DNA from: Candidatus Aenigmatarchaeota archaeon | GTDB lineage: Archaea; Aenigmatarchaeota; Aenigmatarchaeia; JACPZZ01 | Reading direction: 5' to 3' | Assembly: GCA_016202815.1 (NCBI GenBank) | Contig: JACQNZ010000007.1 | Span: 20,704 to 84,703 of the forward strand | Length of the DNA stretch: 64,000 nucleotides | Shown: positions 33,467 to 43,402 of the stretch, piece after piece | Position numbering within the stretch: position 1 is the first letter of the stretch | Layout: each line of letters begins with the position of its first letter | Program-made: the position numbers and the translations under genes | The notes under the pieces: generated by a model | What the model was told of the DNA's origin: nothing | Databases searched by the model: none | The model's input: only the letters and a program-made list of their open reading frames with translations

Positions 33467-34552
33467 TTGGCGACGGATTTGGCTGATTTTGCAATACTGA
33501 AAGCTGTGGAAGAACTTGCCAAGGCTTTGTCAAACGGCGGGACAGGCAGGCCGCACTTCGAGGATACGAACTACAAGGCCAAAGAATTTGATGCGGCCAA
33601 TTTAAGACAACTCAACCCGGCAGCCAAAAAAATATGCTTTGTAGACGGCGGATCTGCGATAATAATGGAAGCTCCCAATTTCGCGATAGCGGCCCACAGG
33701 ATACATTACTCGAAATACAGCGGCGTAACACGGGAGCGGACAAAACTGCCCAACACAATGGATTTTTTCTCCCTGACCGTGTCGAAATATTCCCAGGGCA
33801 GAATAAACTACGAAACACAGGTCTACTACGACGACAAAGACGCTGCCCGCATTATACCGGACAAGTCCGACCTCATATTTGATTCCTTTGACAAAACCAT
33901 GGGCTCCGGCCCTTCAAGGGCTGACATAAGCCACGTGGCAATGACGGCGCGGGAATTTTCGGAGTGGAGAACGCTGGCATTAATAGCCGAATACGAGGAT
34001 GCGGAAATCATAGTGCGCGACGGATCCCTCCAGGCCGTGAAAACGAACGAATCAAAATACGCGGCGGACGCGTTCACTGCGTGCGCGAACCGGGGCATAG
34101 TCCTTTGCGGTGTTTCGAAAACGTCTACGCTGCTAACGACAACCGGAATCCCATTGCTGTCTGCCATAGAAAGCATCGCCAACGAAAACGGATTTTCCGG
34201 TAAAAGCTGGCTGTACAAAAATATAGTTGAAATAAACAATCCGGAACACAACGCGGAAATGTTTGCCGCGAAGCTGCATCCCGCGTCCCAGTACGTTTTC
34301 AGGGTGGAAATAAGCAAAAACAGCGCTGAAAAGGCGCAGGATACGATTAACGCATTGGCCGCGAACGCAGCGGACTTCTCGTTCCCCGGATATCCTTACG
34401 GGCTGATAAATGCCGACATAATGGGACGCGTGCCGAACGACGAAGCACACTACCACAGGATCAAGACAATGGCCGCGGCGGGAAACACCGCAAAAACGCT
34501 TGAAACAAACTCCAAAACGCGGGACGCGCACGATGTGCTGGATTCGATGTGA
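33467..34552 (+). CDS. nurA: NurA 5'-3' nuclease (TTG start)
   Basis: ICFVDGGS, IIVRDGSLQ, GVSKTS and YPYGLINADIMGRV fit the NurA catalytic motifs. The gene is directly upstream of herA. Confidence 0.78.
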   Translation: MATDLADFAILKAVEELAKALSNGGTGRPHFEDTNYKAKEFDAANLRQLNPAAKKICFVDGGSAIIMEAPNFAIAAHRIHYSKYSGVTRERTKLPNTMDFFSLTVSKYSQGRINYETQVYYDDKDAARIIPDKSDLIFDSFDKTMGSGPSRADISHVAMTAREFSEWRTLALIAEYEDAEIIVRDGSLQAVKTNESKYAADAFTACANRGIVLCGVSKTSTLLTTTGIPLLSAIESIANENGFSGKSWLYKNIVEINNPEHNAEMFAAKLHPASQYVFRVEISKNSAEKAQDTINALAANAADFSFPGYPYGLINADIMGRVPNDEAHYHRIKTMAAAGNTAKTLETNSKTRDAHDVLDSM

Positions 34553-34558
34553 CCTGTT

Positions 34559-36082
34559 ATGGAAATTGTAAGCCAGATAATAAGCGGGGCGCAAGGCGAG
34601 ATAATACTGCGGGAAAAATCCACACAGCCCGTCGAAATGGGTGAAATACTGATAGCCGAAGACGATGAAAATAAAATTCTTTTGCAGGTTTACGACCTGC
34701 AATACGGGTCGCAGCTGGATCCGAAAAGGCTCGAACTCGCATCCGGACTGAACATCGAAGAAAACTGGAGCGACCTGAAGTTCTACGACCCCGAACTGAG
34801 GAATTATGTGCTGATAAAAGCCAAGGCTCTTGCGCAAATGAGAAAAAACGACAGTACAATCCTGGCGCCTAAAAGGCTTCCAAAACATTTTTCCATGGTA
34901 CGGCGCTTTTCCGAAGACGACAAACACTTCATCGCAAAGGCCGAAAATTCCCTGTTCCTCGGAAATCTGAGGAGCGGTTCGAAAGACCTCGGAATAAAAG
35001 TCCACATAAACGGGCCCGACGCCTTGTCGCATCACATGCTGATCGCGGCAACGACAGGAAGGGGAAAAAGCAATTTCCTGAAGGTTATGCTGTGGGACCT
35101 GATGGATAAGAACTATTGCGGCATACTTGTCCTGGATCCGCATGATGAATATTACGGGGCTCTTGTAAAAAATCCGGACAGCAGGGAAAATCTTTATTAC
35201 TACACAAATAAGAAAGGCCTTGCCGGGGCGTACAGCCTGAGGATCGACGTGAAAACAATAAAACCGGACGACGTCACCGGGATCATCAATTTTACGGAAC
35301 CCCAGGAGCAGGCCATAATAAAATACTGGAAAGCGTTCGGCGACGACTGGCTTGTTGAAATGGTCAAGGACAAACAAGGCATCTTTGAGAAAGAAGGCGT
35401 CCACCCCGGATCGTTGTCGGTCATACAAAGAAAAATGCACACGCAACTGGGCCTCCATTTCAAGGATGGCAACGTCCTGTGTGACAATGACATTTTCGAT
35501 ATTCACAGCGGCGAGAAGACCATAGACGACATATGCAACTTCCTGTCAACGGGCAAAAAAGTCGTAATCGACACGTCCATGCTGATGGATGAAGCGGAGC
35601 TTCTGGTGGGCAGCATAATTGCCAACCGCATGCTGGAAATCTACAAGGCCAAAAAATCCGATGGCACGCTCCCCGACTTTCCCGCGGTCTCGGTTGCCAT
35701 AGAGGAAGCGCCGCGCGTTTTATCCGAGGACAAGATAAACAAAACCAACAACATATACGCCACCATAGCGCGCGAGGGAAGGAAATTCAAGGTCGGTTTA
35801 ATCGCGATTACCCAGCTTTCTTCTGTTATTCCGAAGGAGATAATGGCGAACATGAACACAAAAATCATTTTCGGCAACGAGCTTGCGGTTGAGCGCGATG
35901 CCATAATTTCCAGCGCGTCCCAAGACCTTTCAAAAGACAGCAAAAACATAGCAAGCCTCAACAAGGGCGAAGCGATAGTAAGCTCCATTTTTACCAGTTT
36001 TGCCGTACCTGTCAAAGTCCCCATGATTGAAGACCTCATAAAATCCGCGGCACAGCCGAAAATACAGAGGAAAGTGCTCTGA
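34559..36082 (+). CDS. herA: HerA hexameric DNA helicase/translocase
   Basis: Walker A is [14 protein letters not shown]. Walker B-like is [10 protein letters not shown]. The context is FtsK-HerA-type, with nurA, mre11 and rad50. Confidence 0.88.
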   Translation: MEIVSQIISGAQGEIILREKSTQPVEMGEILIAEDDENKILLQVYDLQYGSQLDPKRLELASGLNIEENWSDLKFYDPELRNYVLIKAKALAQMRKNDSTILAPKRLPKHFSMVRRFSEDDKHFIAKAENSLFLGNLRSGSKDLGIKVHINGPDALSHHMLIAATTGRGKSNFLKVMLWDLMDKNYCGILVLDPHDEYYGALVKNPDSRENLYYYTNKKGLAGAYSLRIDVKTIKPDDVTGIINFTEPQEQAIIKYWKAFGDDWLVEMVKDKQGIFEKEGVHPGSLSVIQRKMHTQLGLHFKDGNVLCDNDIFDIHSGEKTIDDICNFLSTGKKVVIDTSMLMDEAELLVGSIIANRMLEIYKAKKSDGTLPDFPAVSVAIEEAPRVLSEDKINKTNNIYATIAREGRKFKVGLIAITQLSSVIPKEIMANMNTKIIFGNELAVERDAIISSASQDLSKDSKNIASLNKGEAIVSSIFTSFAVPVKVPMIEDLIKSAAQPKIQRKVL

Positions 36083-36160
36083 TACCGCATTAATAGTTTG
36101 CGGGACAACTAGAAACATATGTTGCCAGGAACAGACGAACAGGAGCGTACCGGAAAGCTT

Positions 36161-36192
36161 GAAGCATATCGATACAGTATACGATATGCTTC
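36161..36192 (+). repeat. Perfect hairpin GAAGCATATCG-N10-CGATATGCTTC (copy B of the palindromic element) in the herA-mre11 spacer
   Basis: The 11-bp arms lie at 36161-36171 and 36182-36192. GTATGCTTC recurs at 36204-36212 and 36239-36247. The upstream CAACTAGAA and ACAGACG strings are shared with copy A at 8850-8880. Confidence 0.6.
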
Positions 36193-36269
36193 GGTTTATG
36201 GCGGTATGCTTCCAGCAGCCTGTGTTTCAGTTACCCCTGTATGCTTCAACCGGTTACGAAAGTGATTCT

Positions 36270-37523
36270 ATGCCCAGTTTTGCACATATATCAGACTGCC
36301 ATTTAGGCGCTTGGAGAGACAAGACCCTGCGCGCGCTGAACCTAAAATCGTTCATAAGCGCCATGGATGCGTGCATGGAGCGAAAAGTGGACTTCATACT
36401 CATCTGCGGCGATTTGTTTGACAAGAATTTGCCGGATTTGGACATAGTCGAGCAAGCCGCAAGCAAAATGCGCGAAGTCCGGAACAAGGGCATCGAAATT
36501 TACGTTATCTACGGCTCCCACGACTACAGCCCGGCCGCGACCTCCATAATTGACGTGCTGCACGGCTCCGGCCTGTTCACCAAGATAATGGACGTTGAGG
36601 GTGAAATTGCGACGGACAAAATCGGATTAAACTTTGTCCAGGACAAGAAAACCGGCGCAAAGATTGCCGGGATATCGGGCCGGCGAGCCTCGCTGGAACG
36701 GTACTATTACGAGATACTTGACCGCGACAAACTGGAAAAGGAGCAGGGCTTCAGGATATTCGCGTTCCACATAGGCGTTAACGAACTGATGGCCGGCGTA
36801 CGAACGGAAGGATGCGTGCCGATTTCCTTTTTTCCCAGAAAATTCGACTATTACGCAGGCGGCCACATACACAGCAGGATAGAAAAAAACGAAAACGGTT
36901 ACGGGCTGTTCGTTTATCCCGGCACAACATTCGGATGGAATTACAACGACCTCGAGAACGCCGCAAACGGCGAAAGCCGCGGTTTTTTCATAGTTAATTT
37001 CGACAACAGCGTGAAAAAAGTAGAATTCGTAAACACCATGAGCAACAGCGTAAAGCTGCATGAAGTGGACGCGGACAACAGGACCGCGGACGAAGCCAAC
37101 GCGATGCTGGAAAAAATAGTTTCGCAAAACGATTTCGGGAACAGCATATCGCTCCTAAAGATCAGGGGCGTGCTTGCCTCGGGCAAAAGCTCTGACATAG
37201 ACACGCAAAAAATAAGGGACAAAATCTATTCCAAGGGCGCGGTGAACGTTTTCATAAACCGCAACGCGCTTTCTTCGAAAGAATTTAACGAAATAAAAAT
37301 AAGGGCGGACGACCGCGCAACGACGGAAGAGCGCGTGCTCAGCGAGCAGATAGGAATGTGCGATTCGTACGAATCGGCCCTTCTAAAAGGAAAAGACGGG
37401 GTGGAAACTGCAAAGGCTGTTCTGGGCGCGCTGAAAGACGGCAAAAAAGAAAATGAAACGAAAGGTGATTATGCGGACAGGATCGCGGGAAAAGCGGAGC
37501 ATATACTGAAGGTGAAGCTGTGA
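36270..37523 (+). CDS. mre11: Mre11 DNA double-strand-break repair nuclease
   Basis: Phosphoesterase motifs are FAHISDCHLG, ICGDLFD, IYGSHDY and AGGHIH. The ATG at 36270 is preferred, because the TTG-36159 extension covers the palindromic element. Confidence 0.88.
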   Translation: MPSFAHISDCHLGAWRDKTLRALNLKSFISAMDACMERKVDFILICGDLFDKNLPDLDIVEQAASKMREVRNKGIEIYVIYGSHDYSPAATSIIDVLHGSGLFTKIMDVEGEIATDKIGLNFVQDKKTGAKIAGISGRRASLERYYYEILDRDKLEKEQGFRIFAFHIGVNELMAGVRTEGCVPISFFPRKFDYYAGGHIHSRIEKNENGYGLFVYPGTTFGWNYNDLENAANGESRGFFIVNFDNSVKKVEFVNTMSNSVKLHEVDADNRTADEANAMLEKIVSQNDFGNSISLLKIRGVLASGKSSDIDTQKIRDKIYSKGAVNVFINRNALSSKEFNEIKIRADDRATTEERVLSEQIGMCDSYESALLKGKDGVETAKAVLGALKDGKKENETKGDYADRIAGKAEHILKVKL

Positions 37524-39601
37524 TCATTAAACGGCTGCGATTAAACAACATCAGGTCTTACGTAAATGAATCCGTGGAATTCCCGAAAGGGTCGATACTT
37601 TTTGAAGGCGACGTGGGGTCCGGAAAGACTACTATACTGATTGCCATAGAATTTGCTCTATTCGGGCTTAGCTCGGACCTGAAAGGCGAACACCTCCTGC
37701 GCGCAGGCGCAACGAAAGGTTTTGTGGAACTTTCCATAGACGTCGCGGGCAAGGAGATCATCTTGCACCGCGGGCTGGAAAAAACCAACGGCCGCGTGTC
37801 ACAGACGGATTGCTACATGGTTTTGGACGGCTCGCGCGAGGATTATTCCGTAACGGAAATGAAATCGCGCGTGCTTTCGATATTAAGCTTTAACGAAAAC
37901 GTGCATCCACAGGCGTCGTCGCTGATTTACAGGTACGCCGTGTTCACGCCGCAGGAAAGGATGAAAGAGATACTGTCGTCCAATGCAGACGAACGCCTGG
38001 AAACAATAAGGCGGGCTTTCATGATGGAGGATTACAAGAACGCTGCGGCGAATGCCGACGAAGTCCAAAAAATTTTGCGGGCCGGGATAAAGGCCGGTGA
38101 ATACGCAATAACCGATTTGGGCAATCTTAAAGACGGCCTGAAAACGCGCGAGGGCGAATCGCGGCAACTAGAAACAGACGTTTCAAAGCTGGCGCATTCA
38201 ATGGAAGAGGAGCGAAAAAAATTGGACGGCGTGAATATGCAGCTGGAAGGCTTGCGAAAATCGAGGGAAAAGCACGCCGCGCTTACGGCTGAAATGGATT
38301 CGCTAAGCAGGACGGTCCTCAGCGAGGAGAAGAACATGCAAGCGTTGTCGCAGAAGTCCATGGCAGCGTCTTCCAGGGTGGAAATAATAAAAGACAAGAT
38401 GAAAATCCTCGGGGAAATAAAAACCTCTGTCGCCGAAAAAATGAAAGATTTCATGGGCGTACTTGGCATGACCGGCAGCATTTTGGACGTCACCGAGAAA
38501 AGTGTCCAGGAAACAAGGCGAAGGATAAAGTCTGAGACCGAAAAGTCGCTGTCAGAGCTGGCAAAAACCAGGATGAAGATCCAGGACCTGGAAAGCCTGC
38601 TGTCAAAGGGCACGTGCCCGCTATGCGAGCAGAAGATAGATGCGGACCATTTCACCAACCGCGTAAACAACCATTCTGCGGAACTGGCGGCCATAGAAAA
38701 AACCCTGGGAGAAAATAAAGAATACGAGGAAGCTTCTGAAAGGCTGGCTTCCGCCACGCTGGAAATGAAAAACCTGGATACAGAGGCCGGGATGTTTTCA
38801 CAGTCCTACTCGGAAGAGCTGGACAGGAAAAACGAACTTGATGTTGAAATGGAAAATTCCATAAAGTCCATAGCAGACTCCAACAAAAGGAAGGACATGT
38901 TGGCCGGCGACATTGAAAAACTTGGGCTGGAAATAAGCAAGATAGCAGATCTCGAATCGAAGGAAAGGCTGCACAGAAGATCGCTTGAATCGGTTTCCTC
39001 GGAACATGCGGCAAAGGAACAAAGGCTGAACGACGTGCGGGACGAGATAAAAAGCGATTCCGAAAGGGTGAGGTCCATGGAAGGCAAGGCGCGGGAGATA
39101 AAAGCGGCAAAAGAGTGCGCTGAATGGCTGCGTGCGTACTTCATCCCGGCCGTCGAAAGCATAGAAAGGCATGTCTTTGCGTCATACAACCTGAATTTCG
39201 ACGCGCTGTTCAAGAAATGGTTTTCCATGCTCATGGATTCGGGCGAGATATCCGTGCGCGTTGACGACAAGTTCACGCCCGTCATTGAACAAAACGGCTA
39301 CGAGCAGGACGTGGAAGCGTTAAGCGGCGGCGAGAAGACGTCTGTGGCTTTAGCGTACCGCCTTGCGTTAAACACTGTGGTGAAGGAGATAGCTATTTCT
39401 TTAAGGAACAACCTATTGATTCTTGACGAACCTACGGACGGGTTCAGCAAGGAGCAACTGCACAGGATGCGCGACATACTGGATGAACTGCAATGCGACC
39501 AGATAATCATAGTCTCGCACGAAAGGGAGCTGGAGGCGTTTGTCGACAACATCATGGAAGTCCGCAAGGAAGGAAGCGTTTCTAAAGTAGTTGGGCGCTG
39601 A
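37520..39601 (+). CDS. rad50: Rad50 ATPase (short form, 693 aa) with zinc hook
   Basis: Walker A is FEGDVGSGKTT. A long coiled coil carries the hook CPLCEQ (about 38615-38632). The signature is LSGGEKTSVALAYRLAL, and Walker B is LLILDEPT. The start overlaps mre11 by 4 nt. Confidence 0.9.
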   Translation: MIIKRLRLNNIRSYVNESVEFPKGSILFEGDVGSGKTTILIAIEFALFGLSSDLKGEHLLRAGATKGFVELSIDVAGKEIILHRGLEKTNGRVSQTDCYMVLDGSREDYSVTEMKSRVLSILSFNENVHPQASSLIYRYAVFTPQERMKEILSSNADERLETIRRAFMMEDYKNAAANADEVQKILRAGIKAGEYAITDLGNLKDGLKTREGESRQLETDVSKLAHSMEEERKKLDGVNMQLEGLRKSREKHAALTAEMDSLSRTVLSEEKNMQALSQKSMAASSRVEIIKDKMKILGEIKTSVAEKMKDFMGVLGMTGSILDVTEKSVQETRRRIKSETEKSLSELAKTRMKIQDLESLLSKGTCPLCEQKIDADHFTNRVNNHSAELAAIEKTLGENKEYEEASERLASATLEMKNLDTEAGMFSQSYSEELDRKNELDVEMENSIKSIADSNKRKDMLAGDIEKLGLEISKIADLESKERLHRRSLESVSSEHAAKEQRLNDVRDEIKSDSERVRSMEGKAREIKAAKECAEWLRAYFIPAVESIERHVFASYNLNFDALFKKWFSMLMDSGEISVRVDDKFTPVIEQNGYEQDVEALSGGEKTSVALAYRLALNTVVKEIAISLRNNLLILDEPTDGFSKEQLHRMRDILDELQCDQIIIVSHERELEAFVDNIMEVRKEGSVSKVVGR

Positions 39602-39603
39602 TT

Positions 39604-40347
39604 ATGCCGCTGAAAATAAATTTTGAAGGGCACGATGGCAACTTGCTATCGGGCGTTTTGCACAAAAGCTCCCCGAAAAACAAAAAAAACGACAATTCGA
39701 TCGTGATTTCCGTCCACGGCTTTGGCGTCGACAAGAACTACTGGATCGTTAAAGAACTGTCCCGTTATCTGGACAAGAAAAAAATAGCCTCCATGCGCTT
39801 TGACATGACCGGCGTCGGCGAGTCGTCGGGGGACGTCAAAGACTCAACAATCGAGCAGATGGTCAACGACCTGAACGCGGCTGTAAAATACGCCAAAGAC
39901 GCCGGCTATAAAAAAATAATGGTTGCCGGCCACAGCCTTGGGGGAATGGCCGCCATACTTGCAGCCACGCTGAACAAGGACATCCACGCCCTGGCATTAA
40001 TGGCGCCTGCCATCGACATACGCCATGCGATAAAGCACAGGAAAGACACGTACAAACACATGGAGAACGGCATGGCGGAAGTTGCGAAAACAAAGGTCAG
40101 GGAGGAATTTCTGGAAAACATATCGCGCCACGTGTATGGCGAGGCCGGAAAGATAAAAATACCCGTGCTGATAGTGCACGGCGGCGCGGACAAGAGCACC
40201 GGCATAAGGAACGCCAGGAAATTTTTCGGAAAACTGAAAGCCAAAAAAAAGTTCGTTTTGGTTAAGGATGCCAACCACCATTTCAGCAAGAAAAAACATC
40301 TGAACGTTTTGATGAAAGAGGCGCTGGACTGGGTCAAAAACGTTTGA
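39604..40347 (+). CDS. Alpha/beta-hydrolase (Ser-Asp-His), apparently co-transcribed with rad50
   Basis: The nucleophile elbow is GHSLGG. The acid is VHGGADK and the His is DANHHF. The start lies 2 nt after the rad50 stop. Confidence 0.8.
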   Translation: MPLKINFEGHDGNLLSGVLHKSSPKNKKNDNSIVISVHGFGVDKNYWIVKELSRYLDKKKIASMRFDMTGVGESSGDVKDSTIEQMVNDLNAAVKYAKDAGYKKIMVAGHSLGGMAAILAATLNKDIHALALMAPAIDIRHAIKHRKDTYKHMENGMAEVAKTKVREEFLENISRHVYGEAGKIKIPVLIVHGGADKSTGIRNARKFFGKLKAKKKFVLVKDANHHFSKKKHLNVLMKEALDWVKNV

Positions 40348-41257
40348 CCCACACGTCTCCGGTGCGGAGCCGGCTTGGCACGAAATAGTGCGCGGGAAAC
40401 CTTATTTCCATCCTGCGGGTTTCATAGCCCCTTTTTTCCGGCACGCGGGTGTAAAATCTTTTGGAGGTTTCTGACTTCCTCAGCTTATCAGGCGCGAAAG
40501 CGTCGTCCAGCGCCGTGCCCCACGAGCTGATCGTAACAGGGACGCCCATGTCCCGGCAAACGTCTTCCACAACACCAAGGCCTTCGTCAAACCAGGCGTT
40601 AACGCCGGGCTTCTTGCCGTCCATGTAAATTTTTCTCAGGCCGGGAGGCAGCGAATGGCCCGAATCCGTTATGCGATAACCGTCAGTCTGTATCGTGTCT
40701 ATGTGGAAAACGTTTTTTCCGTGCTCATAGATTCCGGCGGCTGCACGGAAATATCCGACACAATGCGCAGTCGGGAATGTCGCAGGGCTGATGCGCTTTT
40801 CCAAAGCCGCTGCCAAAGGCCCGTAAGGCTTTACATAAATTACAACGTCCCCTGTCTGGCCGACCGGATCCAACGCGGGAACGAGCGCGATGCCGATGCC
40901 CTGCGAGCGCTGCGCCAAACGCTCTTCAAAGCGCATATAAAAAAGGAACGGGTTTTCATCACCCATCCTAAATGCGCGTTGCAGGAAGCCGGTTTCCGGC
41001 ACGCACCTGAAATACCGTTTGCCTGGCGAATCCTTTCCGTGCCCGAAATAGTCCGGAAGCGCGCAATTTTCTATATAGTGTGGCAGCGAATACAACTCTG
41101 TTTCGTGGCGCTCCACAAACCGCCTGCTGCCGTTATGAACCAAACTCCTGATCAATTCCCTTCTTAACTGCTGTTCCTGCAGAACGGGATTTTCGCTTAC
41201 AAAACCGGCCATCCAAAATTTTACAAACCTCAGACATTTGAACCCGATACTGTTCAA
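40334..41257 (-). CDS. Hypothetical protein (307 aa)
   Basis: A long ORF with ordinary composition and no motif I can place. Its 3' end overlaps the hydrolase 3' end by 14 nt. The start is uncertain; an alternative Met is at MAGFVSENP. Confidence 0.45.
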   Translation of the reverse strand: MNSIGFKCLRFVKFWMAGFVSENPVLQEQQLRRELIRSLVHNGSRRFVERHETELYSLPHYIENCALPDYFGHGKDSPGKRYFRCVPETGFLQRAFRMGDENPFLFYMRFEERLAQRSQGIGIALVPALDPVGQTGDVVIYVKPYGPLAAALEKRISPATFPTAHCVGYFRAAAGIYEHGKNVFHIDTIQTDGYRITDSGHSLPPGLRKIYMDGKKPGVNAWFDEGLGVVEDVCRDMGVPVTISSWGTALDDAFAPDKLRKSETSKRFYTRVPEKRGYETRRMEIRFPAHYFVPSRLRTGDVWVKRF

Positions 41258-41289
41258 CCTTTAATAAAACCAGAGCCGGATATTATCGA

Positions 41290-42063
41290 ATGCGTCCAGA
41301 ACCGAAATTTGTGACCAACGAGCCGGCCGTGTTATTCGGAAAAACACTGGTTATTGCAGACCTGCACATAGGCGTTGAGTACGAATTGTACAAATCCGGG
41401 ATCAGGATACCGAAACAAACGGAGAAACTGCTCGCCAGGGTCAAAAAGCTGATAAAAACGACGAGAGCCAACAGGCTGGTTTTGTTGGGTGATTTGAAGC
41501 ATTTTATACCTTATTTGTCATTTCAGGAGATGCATGAAATACCCAATTTCCTTGAGGAGCTTTCCCACTTAGTTAAAGTGGACATAGTGCCCGGAAACCA
41601 TGATGGCGACTTAAAGAAGTTTTTACCGACCTCGGTTGAGTTCCACGAAACCTCCGGATTTCGTTTAGACAATGTATACTTTAACCATGGCCACAGCTGG
41701 CCAAATGAAGACATTTTTGATTCTGATTACCTTGTAATAGGTCATATACACCCCTGTATAGAATTTAGGGATAAATTAGGCTTTCGTTTCATTGAACAAG
41801 CCTGGATAAAGCTCAATATGGATAAAAAAAGGCTTCTGCGGCACTATAAATCAACTGACATAGACCGCAAAGTTAAAGATCTGAAAATCATAATTATACC
41901 AGCTTTTAACCGGTTCGTGGGCGGCAGGCCTTTCGGAGCTGGTGAAGGCAATGCGCCGGTGATAAGGCTGGCCGACGCGCGGAATGCAGAGGCGCGCCTG
42001 CTCGACGGCACTGATATAGGGAAGCTGGCAAAATTCGGGAATTTTGGCAGCCAAAAGACGTGA
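41290..42063 (+). CDS. Calcineurin-like metallophosphoesterase (archaeal ICC/SbcD-related small family)
   Basis: VIADLHIG, LLGDLKH, VPGNHD, NHGH and IGHIH give the canonical D-x-H / GD / GNHD / H / GH motif order. Confidence 0.75.
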   Translation: MRPEPKFVTNEPAVLFGKTLVIADLHIGVEYELYKSGIRIPKQTEKLLARVKKLIKTTRANRLVLLGDLKHFIPYLSFQEMHEIPNFLEELSHLVKVDIVPGNHDGDLKKFLPTSVEFHETSGFRLDNVYFNHGHSWPNEDIFDSDYLVIGHIHPCIEFRDKLGFRFIEQAWIKLNMDKKRLLRHYKSTDIDRKVKDLKIIIIPAFNRFVGGRPFGAGEGNAPVIRLADARNAEARLLDGTDIGKLAKFGNFGSQKT

Positions 42064-42067
42064 AAAC

Positions 42068-43402
42068 ATGTATTCGAAACCGCTTGACAAGATGATGAAA
42101 AAGAAGAAGGTTGAGGCAGGCGACGATGTCCGCGTTACAAAGGAAAAGAATTCTTACACTGGGACGGTGATGCCGAAAAGCGAGTCTTCTGATGCGAATA
42201 TACTCCTGATAAAGCTGGAAAACGGCTACAACATAGGCCTGGACTACAACTCCAAGACCAGGATAGAGAAACTCGGGACAAAATCACGGCTTGAGAAATT
42301 TCCTACGCACGCCTTTTCGTTTGACCCAAAAAAGCCGACAATAATGATATTGCATACCGGAGGCACGATTGCGTCGCGCGTGGATTACAAGACCGGAGGC
42401 GTTTCGCCTGCGTTCACGCCTGAAGAATTCATCGCCATGTTTCCCGAACTCACAAAAATCGCAAACATCAAATCAAGGATGATAATGAACATAGCATCCG
42501 AGGACATGGACCAAACCAGATACGGGCACGTTGCAAGAGAAGCTGAGCGCGACATCAAGCTCGGGCTGGACGGGATCATCATCGGGCACGGCACGGACAC
42601 GCTACACTACTCTGCGGCCATGCTAAGCTACATGCTGCAAAATTTACCCGTGCCTGTTGTCCTGGTCGGCGCACAAAGGTCGTCGGACAGGGGCAGCAGC
42701 GACGCGGCGCTGAACTTGGCGGCTGCGGTGAACTTCATAACGAAAACGGATTACGCTGGCGTTGCCGTGTGCATGCACGAAAACCCGTCTGACGATTCCT
42801 GCCTGGTTTTACCGGCCGCAAAACTAAGAAAAATGCACACCAGCAGGCGCGACGCTTTCCGGGCTGTCAACGCCAGCGCTATTGCGCGCGTCGAAAGCAG
42901 CGGAAAAGTTGAGATGATCGCGGAAAATTATCTGAAAAAGGACAAGAAACGGAACGCGGCTGTCAATGTGAACATCGAGCCGAAGGTCGCAATTGTCAAG
43001 ATGTATCCTCTGGCGGAACCGGCGATACTTGATTTTTACCTGAAAAGCGGCTATCGCGGCATTATAATCGAAGGCACGGGCTTCGGGCACGTGCCGACAT
43101 CGCCTGAGGATCCGAAGAAGTCGTGGCTGCCGGCGATCAAGAGTGCTGTGAAGGCGGGCATGACGGTTGTCATAACATCGCAGACGGTACACGGAGCTAC
43201 TAACAAACATGTTTATAGAAATTTACGTCTGCTTGAAGCGACAGGCGTCATATTCGGCGAGGACATGACAACAGAGGCCGCGTACACGAAATTATGTTTC
43301 GTTCTCGGCAACAACAAAGAGCCTGAAAAAATCAGGGAGGCGATGCTCTCGAACATTGCGGGGGAAATTTCCAACCGGAGAGAATTGAGGCAATTCCCAT
43401 GA
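42068..43402 (+). CDS. gatD: Glu-tRNA(Gln) amidotransferase subunit D
   Basis: The asparaginase-type motifs are ILHTGGTIAS and IIGHGTDT. The N-terminal GatD-specific domain is AGDDVRV..YTGTVMP. The gene is followed by gatE. Confidence 0.9.
   Translation: MYSKPLDKMMKKKKVEAGDDVRVTKEKNSYTGTVMPKSESSDANILLIKLENGYNIGLDYNSKTRIEKLGTKSRLEKFPTHAFSFDPKKPTIMILHTGGTIASRVDYKTGGVSPAFTPEEFIAMFPELTKIANIKSRMIMNIASEDMDQTRYGHVAREAERDIKLGLDGIIIGHGTDTLHYSAAMLSYMLQNLPVPVVLVGAQRSSDRGSSDAALNLAAAVNFITKTDYAGVAVCMHENPSDDSCLVLPAAKLRKMHTSRRDAFRAVNASAIARVESSGKVEMIAENYLKKDKKRNAAVNVNIEPKVAIVKMYPLAEPAILDFYLKSGYRGIIIEGTGFGHVPTSPEDPKKSWLPAIKSAVKAGMTVVITSQTVHGATNKHVYRNLRLLEATGVIFGEDMTTEAAYTKLCFVLGNNKEPEKIREAMLSNIAGEISNRRELRQFP

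Noticed and set aside
34133-35506. 457-aa ORF on the minus strand
   Set aside because: It lies antisense to the nurA 3' end and most of herA. The translation is R/F/V/H-rich with no motifs, whereas the + strand encodes HerA with a clear Walker A. It is a shadow ORF.
36159-36269. TTG-initiated N-terminal extension of Mre11
   Set aside because: The extension would translate straight through the palindromic element. Mre11 homology (FAHISDCHLG) begins right after the ATG at 36270.
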